Position numbers and translations under genes: made by a program
Shown here: positions 25,758-34,869 of the stretch, in pieces
Layout of the letters: the number at the start of each line of letters is the position of its first letter
How positions within the stretch are numbered: the first letter of the stretch is position 1
The notes under the pieces: model-generated
Seen by the model: only the letters and a program-made list of their open reading frames with translations
Database searches by the model: none
Told to the model about the DNA's origin: nothing
Source: a virus
Lineage: Duplodnaviria > Caudoviricetes
Virus record (IMG/VR): IMGVR_UViG_3300020045_012277
Span: 1 to 53,007 of that record
DNA: 53,007 nucleotides
Direction: 5' to 3' (one strand)

Positions 25758-26267
25758 CTACAAATCATATTTTGCCCGATAAACATCATTGCCCGATACT
25801 GTGTACCCATAAATAGAACTAACATAAGCTGCATTGGGGTTTGTACCCTGAAGCGCACCTTTAAAAAGCGATTCGCCGTTCGTTGCAGCCCTTCTTGCCA
25901 GTGCAATCAGGTTTGTAAAAGAAGCCCCTGATGGGAAAACTACTGCAAACCCTGCCCTGATATTTGCCTGTGTAGCATTTACAAAAGTTCCTTTTACAAG
26001 CAATAAAAAAGTATTTTGAAGTACCGCCGTTTTTGTAGCAAAAACAGAATAGTCAATGGCTGCGGTTACTTCTTCAACAGGGATATCCGGTTTCCAAAGA
26101 TCCACTTGCGGAGTTGCAATCGTGTTATAATACGCTGCTAAGTTTTCTGTATCATTATCATTCCAAAGCTGCAAAAGTGTTTTACCGTTGTAAACGGTGG
26201 CTGCATGATTAACTGTAATATCTGTTTTTAAAATCTGAAGTTGTGCTGCTGTCATGATGGAGTGCAA
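25758..26267 (-). CDS. Hypothetical tail-region protein
   Basis: ORF after LamG gene; likely start MTAAQ at 26255. Confidence 0.7.
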   Translation of the reverse strand: MHSIMTAAQLQILKTDITVNHAATVYNGKTLLQLWNDNDTENLAAYYNTIATPQVDLWKPDIPVEEVTAAIDYSVFATKTAVLQNTFLLLVKGTFVNATQANIRAGFAVVFPSGASFTNLIALARRAATNGESLFKGALQGTNPNAAYVSSIYGYTVSGNDVYRAKYDL

Positions 26268-27025
26268 TATGTTGGAGTTAATAATCCGATGTTTGGTTGT
26301 GAGTAGAGTTGTGAAATTTCTGTTTGAGTTAATGCCCGTCTGTAAATAATAACCCTGTCTATTGAACCTAATAATGGTTTGTTTACAGTTGTTTTACCTA
26401 ATCCAAAAATATATCTTGGCGTTGTATATCCGGCATATCCAGTACCAACAGCCGCAGAATTTTCCAAAACCCCGTTAATATAAATATAACCGACATCGTT
26501 TCTAATTACCCCGCATATAAAAACCCATTTCCCTGTATCTATATCAGATAAAGATGTAACTGTATATCCTATACTTCCGGCTGCATTTGTTATATATAAA
26601 TCAACTTTATGTGCCGTTGTTCTACCCATAATTAAAGACCTGTCATAAATAGCTGCTGGTGGTAATCCGTTTTCGGTAGTAGTTATAAACTGTAATGCCG
26701 TGCTTGAGGCTATGTTTACCCATGCACAATGTGATTGATTACCATTTATAACTGAAATAATAGGACTATATGTGTAATCATCACTACCATCAAAATTTAA
26801 TGCGCCACCAGTCGGACTTCCAACCCAATTACTTGTTGCACCACTTAAAGCAAAGTTTGTAAGCGTACCATGATTACCGTTACCACTATAATCATTAAGC
26901 CTTCTTCCCGATTTTTCGTTGAATAACCAATAACCAAATAACCCCCGATTAATCGGATGCCCGTAATCTATCTGGCAACCGGGAGGCGGTTTTATAAGTC
27001 CGTAATCTGTGGTTATTATTGACAT
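26252..27025 (-). CDS. LamG / concanavalin A-like domain protein (receptor-binding candidate)
   Basis: GYWLFNE..DYSGNGNHGTL, ALNFDGSDDY, YINGVL, GSIDRVIIYRRALTQTEISQLY. Confidence 0.88.
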   Translation of the reverse strand: MSIITTDYGLIKPPPGCQIDYGHPINRGLFGYWLFNEKSGRRLNDYSGNGNHGTLTNFALSGATSNWVGSPTGGALNFDGSDDYTYSPIISVINGNQSHCAWVNIASSTALQFITTTENGLPPAAIYDRSLIMGRTTAHKVDLYITNAAGSIGYTVTSLSDIDTGKWVFICGVIRNDVGYIYINGVLENSAAVGTGYAGYTTPRYIFGLGKTTVNKPLLGSIDRVIIYRRALTQTEISQLYSQPNIGLLTPTYCTPS

Positions 27026-27198
27026 TTCCTAAGATATTTTGGTAAAAACCAATAAGCATTTCCGTCAGAAAACTCAATTCGGTACGAGTTATCAAACTCC
27101 CTGTATTCAATTACTATCCCTTCCTTATTAGGAAAAGAAGGATGAGATTTTACAATCATCACTTTATCAAACCCGTAATATTTTTGCTTTTTTGCCAT
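27016..27198 (-). CDS. Hypothetical small protein (SH3/KOW-like)
   Basis: 60 aa, overlaps both neighbours. Confidence 0.55.
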   Translation of the reverse strand: MAKKQKYYGFDKVMIVKSHPSFPNKEGIVIEYREFDNSYRIEFSDGNAYWFLPKYLRKCQ

Positions 27199-28265
27199 TA
27201 TGTTATTGAATCTAATAATGAATATTTACCCTCAGCCACTATGGTCTGCCCTGATAATGCATACGCACAATCCACAACCATTCTCATTCTCATATACGAA
27301 CCAACTTGGATTTTTACAGGCCAGTAATCTGCCTTGCTCCATACTTTTGTTGTTGTAATTGTGTGAGCATAAGTGCAGCCCTCTTCCACTACTATCGATG
27401 TATTTGTATTGATAGTTATTACCCTTCTAAACTCTGAATTTGTTTCCGCACCTGCCTCTCTTATATAAACAATATCGCCAATCAGGATGGCGGCAGTTGC
27501 AGTCATGGGTAATGTGGTTGCCGCTGCCGATGTGCCAGTGGTCAAAGTGGCCGTTGTGGTTGATGCTATTGTTGAGGATAGAAATTCTGCTATACTCATC
27601 CAACTGTCGTTACCCGATGCTTCAGTGCTTACCTCTATTCTTATTTTAGCCGGGTTTGTTAAAGCTGTTGCCACCGTTCTTCCAATATGGACAATTATAG
27701 ATACTTCCAATTTGCCAGAAATATCAACAGGCGACCCGATCACTACTGCACCGCTGGCACAGGTTTGTAAGGATAGCAAAGTGCCGCCGCCTGTTTTGTT
27801 TGGCGTGGCAACAATTCTTGCGCCTACATACACCGGCAATCGATCACTAACAAGTGCAGATGGTAATCTTGAAAGAAAGTTTACAAACAATTTCACTAAG
27901 CCCCTTAATTTCCCGCTTATAGTTCCTGTGGTGTCTGTATCAACTGCTGCATCAGTAGTTGCACCTTCCACTATATTTGCCCCGTCTGCTATACTTTCAC
28001 TTGTGCCGCCAATGATGATCTGCAATGTGTCAGCATTATTCATTGCGCTGGTATTATAAGCCAGCGTAAGTACCAGTCCGGTAAGTGATCCGCCTTTTGC
28101 TGCATCAAAAGGATCGTAGATTATTGTGGCAATCGTGGATTTAACGTTTGTGATAAGCATTATTTCACTCAATGCAATGCCCGTATAGTTTGCACTCAAT
28201 GTTACGGTCCCAGCCGTTTTATCAAACGTGTAATCCGCCGCCGGTACTACTCCTTTTTTTATCAT
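27198..28265 (-). CDS. Tail fibre/spike-like protein
   Basis: Thr/Ala/Gly-rich beta protein in tail module; YTFD..ITNV..IIYD..LTLAYNTSAM..DTLQI N-terminus. Confidence 0.65.
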   Translation of the reverse strand: MIKKGVVPAADYTFDKTAGTVTLSANYTGIALSEIMLITNVKSTIATIIYDPFDAAKGGSLTGLVLTLAYNTSAMNNADTLQIIIGGTSESIADGANIVEGATTDAAVDTDTTGTISGKLRGLVKLFVNFLSRLPSALVSDRLPVYVGARIVATPNKTGGGTLLSLQTCASGAVVIGSPVDISGKLEVSIIVHIGRTVATALTNPAKIRIEVSTEASGNDSWMSIAEFLSSTIASTTTATLTTGTSAAATTLPMTATAAILIGDIVYIREAGAETNSEFRRVITINTNTSIVVEEGCTYAHTITTTKVWSKADYWPVKIQVGSYMRMRMVVDCAYALSGQTIVAEGKYSLLDSIT

Positions 28266-28274
28266 AATAAATAT

Positions 28275-28499
28275 TTATAAAGCTGTTGCCATTGCTATTA
28301 CAAAACTTTTACTTACACCGCCGCCGCTGTTGGCATCCACATATGTTTTCACCGCCTTTTGGCTGGCGATCATTGTATCGCTGTTGGCTGCCAGTGTGCC
28401 ATCAGTATCCATCTCCACATAGGCAGCACCCAAAGTGTCACCAGATGCAAACTCCTGCACCTGCCCCGATTCTATTTTAAGTGGTTTTTTATTTGCCAT
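28275..28499 (-). CDS. Short tail-fibre-associated protein
   Basis: DTDGTLAANSD..ASQKAVKTYVD fibre-type motif; ends FVIAMATAL. Confidence 0.65.
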   Translation of the reverse strand: MANKKPLKIESGQVQEFASGDTLGAAYVEMDTDGTLAANSDTMIASQKAVKTYVDANSGGGVSKSFVIAMATAL

Positions 28500-28524
28500 G
28501 TCTTTTCATTTTATCAGCATCTTC

Positions 28525-28561
28525 CCAAGTCTCCCCCACAGGAGGAGATTTAGAGGGGGCT
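28525..28561 (+). repeat. REP-like palindromic element
   Basis: CCAAGTCTCCCCCACAGGAGGAGATTTAGAGGGGGC at a gene end. Confidence 0.55.
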
Positions 28562-29078
28562 ATGCCAGTACAATTGTATCCTGAACTTCAACGATCATTT
28601 CTGTGGCAGATACTGCCTTGCCCAGCCGCTGCACGATATAGGCTGCTGTGGATGGCGCTGTCTCCGTTCTTGCACCAGGTGTAGATCCACTCAGGTATTG
28701 TACGGCACCTTTGGTCATGCCACTTAGCTGGTTATTTATATTGCCATAATACACCGTAGCATTTGCCCCAGTAAGCACCGTAGCCAATACAAAGCCATCC
28801 GCTTTCTTAGCATTGCCGCCACTGGCATCAGCCTTGCGAACTTTGGTAGTACCGCCGTCATTAAACACATTCACAAAATCACCGGCTGCCAGGTCCTCGT
28901 AAGCAACGATGGTTTGCGTTTCAGCACCCACACCGGATGGCATCATGGATGTGTCAAGCCTGCCCGAACTGTCCAGGGCAGGTATTTTACCCGCATCACC
29001 GGCACCGGCTGAGGTTTGTATAGCGGCCTCTTCGGTTATCTGTCCGCTGCTGTTTTTGAGATACTTGTTACCTGCCAT
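28560..29078 (-). CDS. Virion structural protein (DUF2190/cement-like)
   Basis: AYEDLAAGDFVNV..VRKADAS..ADGFVL..YLSGSTPG..VQRLGKAVSATE. Confidence 0.6.
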   Translation of the reverse strand: MAGNKYLKNSSGQITEEAAIQTSAGAGDAGKIPALDSSGRLDTSMMPSGVGAETQTIVAYEDLAAGDFVNVFNDGGTTKVRKADASGGNAKKADGFVLATVLTGANATVYYGNINNQLSGMTKGAVQYLSGSTPGARTETAPSTAAYIVQRLGKAVSATEMIVEVQDTIVLA

Positions 29079-29088
29079 TTTTTAAAGT

Positions 29089-29595
29089 TTATATTGTTAA
29101 AATATTTATGTCAAAATTTATTATCAGCTTGTTGGCTGCTATCGCATGGCCCACACGTTGTACTATCAGTGAGCTGGGTGTTGTGGTCAATGCTCCATTT
29201 GCCCCTACATAGTACACGGCTCCAGGTGTCAGGTTATTATCAGGCCAGCTCATCACACCGGATAATTGCACATTCACATTACTGCCCGTAAGTGCAGCGT
29301 TTTTTGTCACCCCTAAAGTCCTTCCATATAATGCCGCATCGGAAGGATCAAAATAAAATGCCTCATCATTTTCTATATACACCACTCTGCCCTGCGAGGT
29401 ATTTTGTCCAGCAATGGCAGCGTATATAGACCAGCTATCACCCTTCGGCCCCACATTCCCAAACTCAATACTGATCACCGGTGCTGTTGGTTCTGTAATG
29501 CTCAGCTCCACCGGCGGCGCAGCCGCATAAGCCAGCTCCAGCTCCACAGCCGGTACGTTGTCAAAATCAAGTGTTATGTCAATAGTGCTTGGCAT
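29089..29595 (-). CDS. Virion structural protein, paralog-like to 28560-29078
   Basis: Shared C-terminal pattern LTPGAVYYVG..IVQRVGHAIAA. Confidence 0.6.
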   Translation of the reverse strand: MPSTIDITLDFDNVPAVELELAYAAAPPVELSITEPTAPVISIEFGNVGPKGDSWSIYAAIAGQNTSQGRVVYIENDEAFYFDPSDAALYGRTLGVTKNAALTGSNVNVQLSGVMSWPDNNLTPGAVYYVGANGALTTTPSSLIVQRVGHAIAANKLIINFDINILTI

Positions 29596-29950
29596 TGATA
29601 TTATATATTACATAAGCATAAGTTTTACCATCGTCATCTGTCACCACTTGCACCAGTCTCAAAGGCACACCCTCCACAGCATTATCCCGTATATCTTCAA
29701 ACATCAGTTCCATATTCAGCACATTCACACCGGCACCTGTTTTACTCAGGTAAGTGGCGCTCAGATCCCCCGCATCAATGGTATAAGTTTCTATCACCGC
29801 CCCTTCCTGGTAAAGAAAAAATTCAAACTTATAATCCGTCAGGTCAATAGGCGAAGCACCGCTGGTATAAGTACCTGCCAATGGAATATTATCGTAGTTG
29901 AATATATCAACCGATACCTGCTGTGCCCGTGATGTATTGATGTTTTCCAT
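29579..29950 (-). CDS. Hypothetical tail protein (BppU-N-like)
   Basis: PIDLTDY motif; tail module. Confidence 0.55.
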   Translation of the reverse strand: MENINTSRAQQVSVDIFNYDNIPLAGTYTSGASPIDLTDYKFEFFLYQEGAVIETYTIDAGDLSATYLSKTGAGVNVLNMELMFEDIRDNAVEGVPLRLVQVVTDDDGKTYAYVIYNINAKHY

Positions 29951-30012
29951 TTAGTTTTTAATTTTTCATAAAGTCTTTCCGTTCATAGTTCACCAAGTAC
30001 CTTTCAGGGGAT

Positions 30013-30720
30013 TCAGGGACTGTTTATTAATGTTGAATGTGTACCCGATTGCCTGAACAATAAACCAATCCCTTTCCAGTTGCTCGAACTTGCTGTGATC
30101 CCCGCCGTATTATCATCTGTATTTATTCTGTCCATCACATAGTATCCTGATGTATAAGTGGCGCACCCAACATCTACAATTTCAGACCACCCGCTCTCAG
30201 CTGATCCAGAAAATGGGTTTGCATTATTGCATAAAAAAGTCATGGCCGCATTTCGTTGACCCATTGAACCAAATGTTATTACCGGATCTGCAGCATTTGC
30301 AGAATCATATATTACCTGTTTAATAGCATTGCTACCATTGCCACCAGTTTGTACATTGGATATCTCCCAAAGAGTACCGTAAGAATCAGCGATGCCACCA
30401 GAATAAGTTGCCGTAACTGTTTCGCTCCCATAATTTGATGTTGGCATCAGTCTGTATAAATGAATTGCGCCTGTAGAATTACCCACCCGGCCAATAAAAA
30501 CCCATGTCAAACCATTTGAAGAACTTATCGTTGGTTCGTTCCATACATGCGTAGCCCAAAAAGAAGCGATATATAGTTTATTAGCCGTCAATGGCTGCAC
30601 CAATGGAATACCGCTGGATAATCCTGCTGAACATCCAGAGTAATTATAAATACTGGAAATAGTAATTTGCCCTATGGCATATTGACTAAGAAACATGAAT
30701 ATGAATAATATTTTTTTCAT
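30013..30720 (-). CDS. Tail-module protein with Sec signal peptide
   Basis: MKKILFIFMFLSQYAIG-Q; Ser/Gly/Thr-rich beta protein. Confidence 0.75.
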   Translation of the reverse strand: MKKILFIFMFLSQYAIGQITISSIYNYSGCSAGLSSGIPLVQPLTANKLYIASFWATHVWNEPTISSSNGLTWVFIGRVGNSTGAIHLYRLMPTSNYGSETVTATYSGGIADSYGTLWEISNVQTGGNGSNAIKQVIYDSANAADPVITFGSMGQRNAAMTFLCNNANPFSGSAESGWSEIVDVGCATYTSGYYVMDRINTDDNTAGITASSSNWKGIGLLFRQSGTHSTLINSP

Positions 30721-32711
30721 CAGTCTTCGCTAAAGTTTAAAGTAAAATTTGCCCCTCGCACCACACCACTCTGCGCCGATACCACTATCCAAACCCATTC
30801 GCCGGATGCAATTGTATTATCCGAAAATGTACTTGTATCACTGCACCCCGTAGTAGTGCTGGTACATGTTTTACTCGCCGTAAAAAGTGCAGTGCCGCTG
30901 TTCGTTCGGTCGCTGTTATGATAAAGTTGATAGGTAATGCTGGGTGATGTGTCACCAATTAATACAGATTCAAGACTTGATACAGTCATGTTTGCCCACG
31001 CCTTGAACATGATAAGCGTATCGCCGCTGGTCGCAAAAGGAAGAAAACCTGATTTTGTTTGTGTGATCCCACTCAGATCTGTTGACCCCGTACTATCCTT
31101 TATCGCATACCTCGTTCCCCCAATAAAAAATATGATGGAGTCTTTACCCGCAGTCCTGGTTATGCTGTTTACCCATTTCCCAGCCGTATCAGCAGTATTT
31201 AATTTTAAATCAATATTCGCCTGCAAACTATCCCTCACTTTGTTCAGATCCCAGCCGGTTGTATAGGCTGTAGTTGTTCTGCCACTGTCTGTTTTATTTT
31301 TAAAAGCATCACCGCTGATAAATACATTTTTTCCAGTTGCCCGGGTTGTAATTCCATCTTCGCCATTTATACTGAATACATCATTTTTCTGCGTAGCATC
31401 AGCACTACCTACATCCGTGGCTACAGATGCATACCAGCGATCATTGCCGCCGCCGGGAGTTGGTTGTTTTATTCCGCCCTGCCAGCCTATCTCATCCAGG
31501 TAAAAATCTGTTTCAAAATTTTGGGTGACATTTAGGAAAAATAAAGACATGATGCTATCACCCTGTATAGCAAAATCAGCTTTCGGTATAGTGATATACT
31601 GCCAGTTGGCATTGGTAGTATCAAAATTATATGTGCCATGTCTTAATACCACGGGAGTGGATACAGGCACAAATGACCGTGTAGGTGATGTGCGGGTGGT
31701 AAAAAATATATTCAGTCCTTCACTGCCCCAGGCTGTGCCTTTTATTTTAAACGTGAGTACATCATAATCTTTATGTACAATAGGCGTATCGACACTTAGC
31801 GTAACAAAGTCGTAAAAATTTGCACCGGTAAAGCTGATGGATTTAGTACCGCTGCTGGCTTCGGCTGTGGAGGCTACATCGATCGGGGTTTGCGGCACAG
31901 CATCATACTCTGCCTGCTGGCCAAGATCTTCATCATAAATTTTACTGAAAGTGCTGCTGCCGTTGGCATTTACACAACTACTATCACCCGGAATAATGAG
32001 CCTTGAAAACAATTCTATCTGATTAGCTCCTAAACCGGGAGGTATCGGATCAGCACTTAATTCGCCTACAAGCGTATCAACCCCCAGCGTATTGAGTATT
32101 ATTTTTTCATAGCGTTCTAAAGTAGCATGTGGATAATCCAATGTGACGGAATCCATATTTGTGTAATAAAGAACACCACCCATCCTGAATACAGATGGAC
32201 TGATATAATACTTTTGACCGTCACCACTGCAGGTGATGGTGCCGCCGCTTAACAGCCCGTCTTTTTCGTAAGTATTTAATTTGCCTCCAAAATATTCTGT
32301 GCCGTCTATCCTGTATAAAAGAGAATCATTTCTTAAAAAAACAGTATCAACATAAATAATATTATCAGCTATTTTGATGAACTGAAAACCGGTATGTACA
32401 TAAACAGAACTGTCCTCTTTTTTATACCTTACCTGGGCAGTGTCATACCCGTTGCTGATCGATGGTAAGGAAACTGATGTTCTTTTACCATCATTGGATC
32501 CTGTAAGCCCGATAGGTAACTGAAATACACTGTCCGCCCTTACCCTGTTTTTTCTTTCACCGTAAAGAAGCGGGTTTTGGTATATCTGGGAAAAAGATAC
32601 CAGCGGCAAAGCCCCCAGGGTCAGGGCCCCCAGAAAAATAACTAATTTGAAAATACCTACTCCCCTGAAGGGGGGTTTGGTATATCTTGCTATCCGATCA
32701 GTTTTTTTCAT
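30720..32711 (-). CDS. Tail fibre-like protein with Sec signal peptide and carbohydrate-binding-like domain
   Basis: ..FKLVIFLGALTLGALPLVSFS-Q; NWQYITIPKADF..FYLDEIGW CBM-like segment; 13 D(S/T)(A/I/L/V/M/T) sequons. Confidence 0.75.
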   Translation of the reverse strand: MKKTDRIARYTKPPFRGVGIFKLVIFLGALTLGALPLVSFSQIYQNPLLYGERKNRVRADSVFQLPIGLTGSNDGKRTSVSLPSISNGYDTAQVRYKKEDSSVYVHTGFQFIKIADNIIYVDTVFLRNDSLLYRIDGTEYFGGKLNTYEKDGLLSGGTITCSGDGQKYYISPSVFRMGGVLYYTNMDSVTLDYPHATLERYEKIILNTLGVDTLVGELSADPIPPGLGANQIELFSRLIIPGDSSCVNANGSSTFSKIYDEDLGQQAEYDAVPQTPIDVASTAEASSGTKSISFTGANFYDFVTLSVDTPIVHKDYDVLTFKIKGTAWGSEGLNIFFTTRTSPTRSFVPVSTPVVLRHGTYNFDTTNANWQYITIPKADFAIQGDSIMSLFFLNVTQNFETDFYLDEIGWQGGIKQPTPGGGNDRWYASVATDVGSADATQKNDVFSINGEDGITTRATGKNVFISGDAFKNKTDSGRTTTAYTTGWDLNKVRDSLQANIDLKLNTADTAGKWVNSITRTAGKDSIIFFIGGTRYAIKDSTGSTDLSGITQTKSGFLPFATSGDTLIMFKAWANMTVSSLESVLIGDTSPSITYQLYHNSDRTNSGTALFTASKTCTSTTTGCSDTSTFSDNTIASGEWVWIVVSAQSGVVRGANFTLNFSED

Positions 32712-32756
32712 AGTATAAAAATAAACATTTTAATCATTTTATAATCAAATTAATCA

Positions 32757-33977
32757 TCACACTTTTACCGCCATCCAGGCAATGCTCAGTGTTTGCGTTT
32801 CTGCACTCACTTCCTGCAGGCTGATATAAAACTTGTTCGGCTTATCTGTGGCGTGATGATACCAGGTGCCACAGATCTTGTTATTTCTGAAATAAGTCGT
32901 TACATCATTGCTTTCGATAGACCAGAAAACCAGATAATCACCACTGATGGCAAGGTTATGAGTGATCGTATAAATAGGATCACCGGGAGGTACATCACCT
33001 ACATTATAACGGCCTACTCCTAAAGTAGTTCCCGCCGCTACCGACCCCGCCCCGTTTACCCATGTACTCTCCGATAAATAAACCACATTCCAATTTGTAC
33101 CGTCCCAAACAAAAGCCCCCTCTGAATATCTTGGAATGTCAATACTTGTTTTTGGAGAGCCAGCCCACAATAAACTGCCATTGAGAAAACTTATACTTGG
33201 TGTGCCTGAACTGCCGAAATGCTGAAAAGCGAAAATGTATCCCTCAGGAATTTCATCTAAAGCCGCAAAAGTATATACAGGACTTCCGGAAAACCGGATC
33301 AGCTTTCTTAAATGTGCAATGTCGTAACTTGTATTTGCCGACACATCAACAAAACCGCCGAATAATTTACCGACTACACTATCGTTAATCACCGTTGTTA
33401 CCGCTTGCGGATGTCTTTGTATGGTAAATTCTTCATCTGCTCCAAACAGATCACCGCCCTGCAGCTGCCATTCTCCCGTACCTGTATTGAACGTAAAATG
33501 AAATATCGGGTTTGCAGGAATATCGGGTAGTAAGAACCCGTAATTATTTCTGTGAATGGTAAACTGATCTTCTGTAAGCCCTGCCAGTTCAGGTGTGGTG
33601 CAGGTATCTGTATCAACTGCCGGTGTATTAGCACCGCCATCACCGATCTTGAATTGAATAGGTGCAAAGATGGTTACCAGGCTTTCGCTTAATGGTTCGG
33701 TTTCGTATTCGTGCAAAAGATTAGCAGAAACTGCTCCGTACATTCTGATGATATGCACTACGCTGTCAAGCCCTGATTGTATAATGGTTTCAATAACCTG
33801 GTGACCTGCGCCGGGAGTGGGCACACCGGATCCGTTCTTTTCTACCAGTGTAATATCCGGAACCACCTGCGCCCCGCTTTCCGCTTCATATATCCTCACC
33901 ACAAAATCTTCTGTGATGGCTGATGTGCTGATGTGATATTTTAATACCATAGTTTTAAGATTGTTCTTCGATGTCAA
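32757..33977 (-). CDS. Tail structural protein
   Basis: Position after tail-tip genes; likely start MVLKY at 33950. Confidence 0.7.
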   Translation of the reverse strand: MTSKNNLKTMVLKYHISTSAITEDFVVRIYEAESGAQVVPDITLVEKNGSGVPTPGAGHQVIETIIQSGLDSVVHIIRMYGAVSANLLHEYETEPLSESLVTIFAPIQFKIGDGGANTPAVDTDTCTTPELAGLTEDQFTIHRNNYGFLLPDIPANPIFHFTFNTGTGEWQLQGGDLFGADEEFTIQRHPQAVTTVINDSVVGKLFGGFVDVSANTSYDIAHLRKLIRFSGSPVYTFAALDEIPEGYIFAFQHFGSSGTPSISFLNGSLLWAGSPKTSIDIPRYSEGAFVWDGTNWNVVYLSESTWVNGAGSVAAGTTLGVGRYNVGDVPPGDPIYTITHNLAISGDYLVFWSIESNDVTTYFRNNKICGTWYHHATDKPNKFYISLQEVSAETQTLSIAWMAVKV

Positions 33978-34869
33978 TTACAGGAACGAGTGAACCCGGT
34001 CCAAAAAATGCTGTTTCTATATTATAAGCCGTCACAAGCCCTGTTGATAATGGTGTGGTATCTGAGAATTCCTGACTCATGGCATTCACCGCCTCCACTA
34101 TCTCGATACTTCCGCCTATCAATGGAAAACCTTTTATCCTGGTTACTTCCCATTTTGAACCTTCATTGCTTTGATAATATTTTCCTTCGATGTTGATACT
34201 GTCACAACAAAATATCCTGTTTAGCAGATCAATGATATAAGGAGCCACGCCGGGAGCTTCACCAATGTATAACTTGAATGTTCTGTAAGGAACACCGGAA
34301 AGATTTTCCACATCATGGATCTGATTTACATAAGCTGATCTATCCCTCTCAGGATTGTAATCCATTATCCCCGCTTCGCATCTGAACTTAAATTCTACTC
34401 CTGTACTGAAGGCAACATCCTGATCGTTGTAACTGTTTTTATAAGTGATCAACAATGTATTTGACCAGCTTGCTTTGCTGTGTATCGGTTCGCTGATGGC
34501 TTTCCAGTCAATGCTCAAAAGCGTTACTCTTTGGTATAAATAATAAACACCTTCGGCCAGATCGCTTATATCGAATGTGGTTTCATAAATACTGTAATTA
34601 GTACCCGAGTAAACGGCTGACCAGGTAAATGTTTTTACCTGTATGCCGCTTGAATTATATACTTTAAGTGTTTCCGGTGCAATGCTGCTTTCAATTTGCA
34701 GTTTGGTAGTTTCTGATTTTTTCCATTTTTGTTTGTAATACACATTTCTTTCAAAGCTCTTAATCTGTTCACAGGCCCATGCCCCGTCAAAGTCGCTGAC
34801 AACATTTGGCGTAGCTGTGGATGGTACAAACTTGAAAGGGTTTAAGAATGGTATTTTAAAATGGTTCAT
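33955..34869 (-). CDS. Tail structural protein
   Basis: 304 aa, coupled to upstream gene. Confidence 0.7.
   Translation of the reverse strand: MNHFKIPFLNPFKFVPSTATPNVVSDFDGAWACEQIKSFERNVYYKQKWKKSETTKLQIESSIAPETLKVYNSSGIQVKTFTWSAVYSGTNYSIYETTFDISDLAEGVYYLYQRVTLLSIDWKAISEPIHSKASWSNTLLITYKNSYNDQDVAFSTGVEFKFRCEAGIMDYNPERDRSAYVNQIHDVENLSGVPYRTFKLYIGEAPGVAPYIIDLLNRIFCCDSINIEGKYYQSNEGSKWEVTRIKGFPLIGGSIEIVEAVNAMSQEFSDTTPLSTGLVTAYNIETAFFGPGSLVPVIDIEEQS

Noticed and set aside
26252-32711. Additional DGR target in tail fibre or LamG genes
   Set aside because: No TR-like sequence seen there by eye; a formal alignment was not possible
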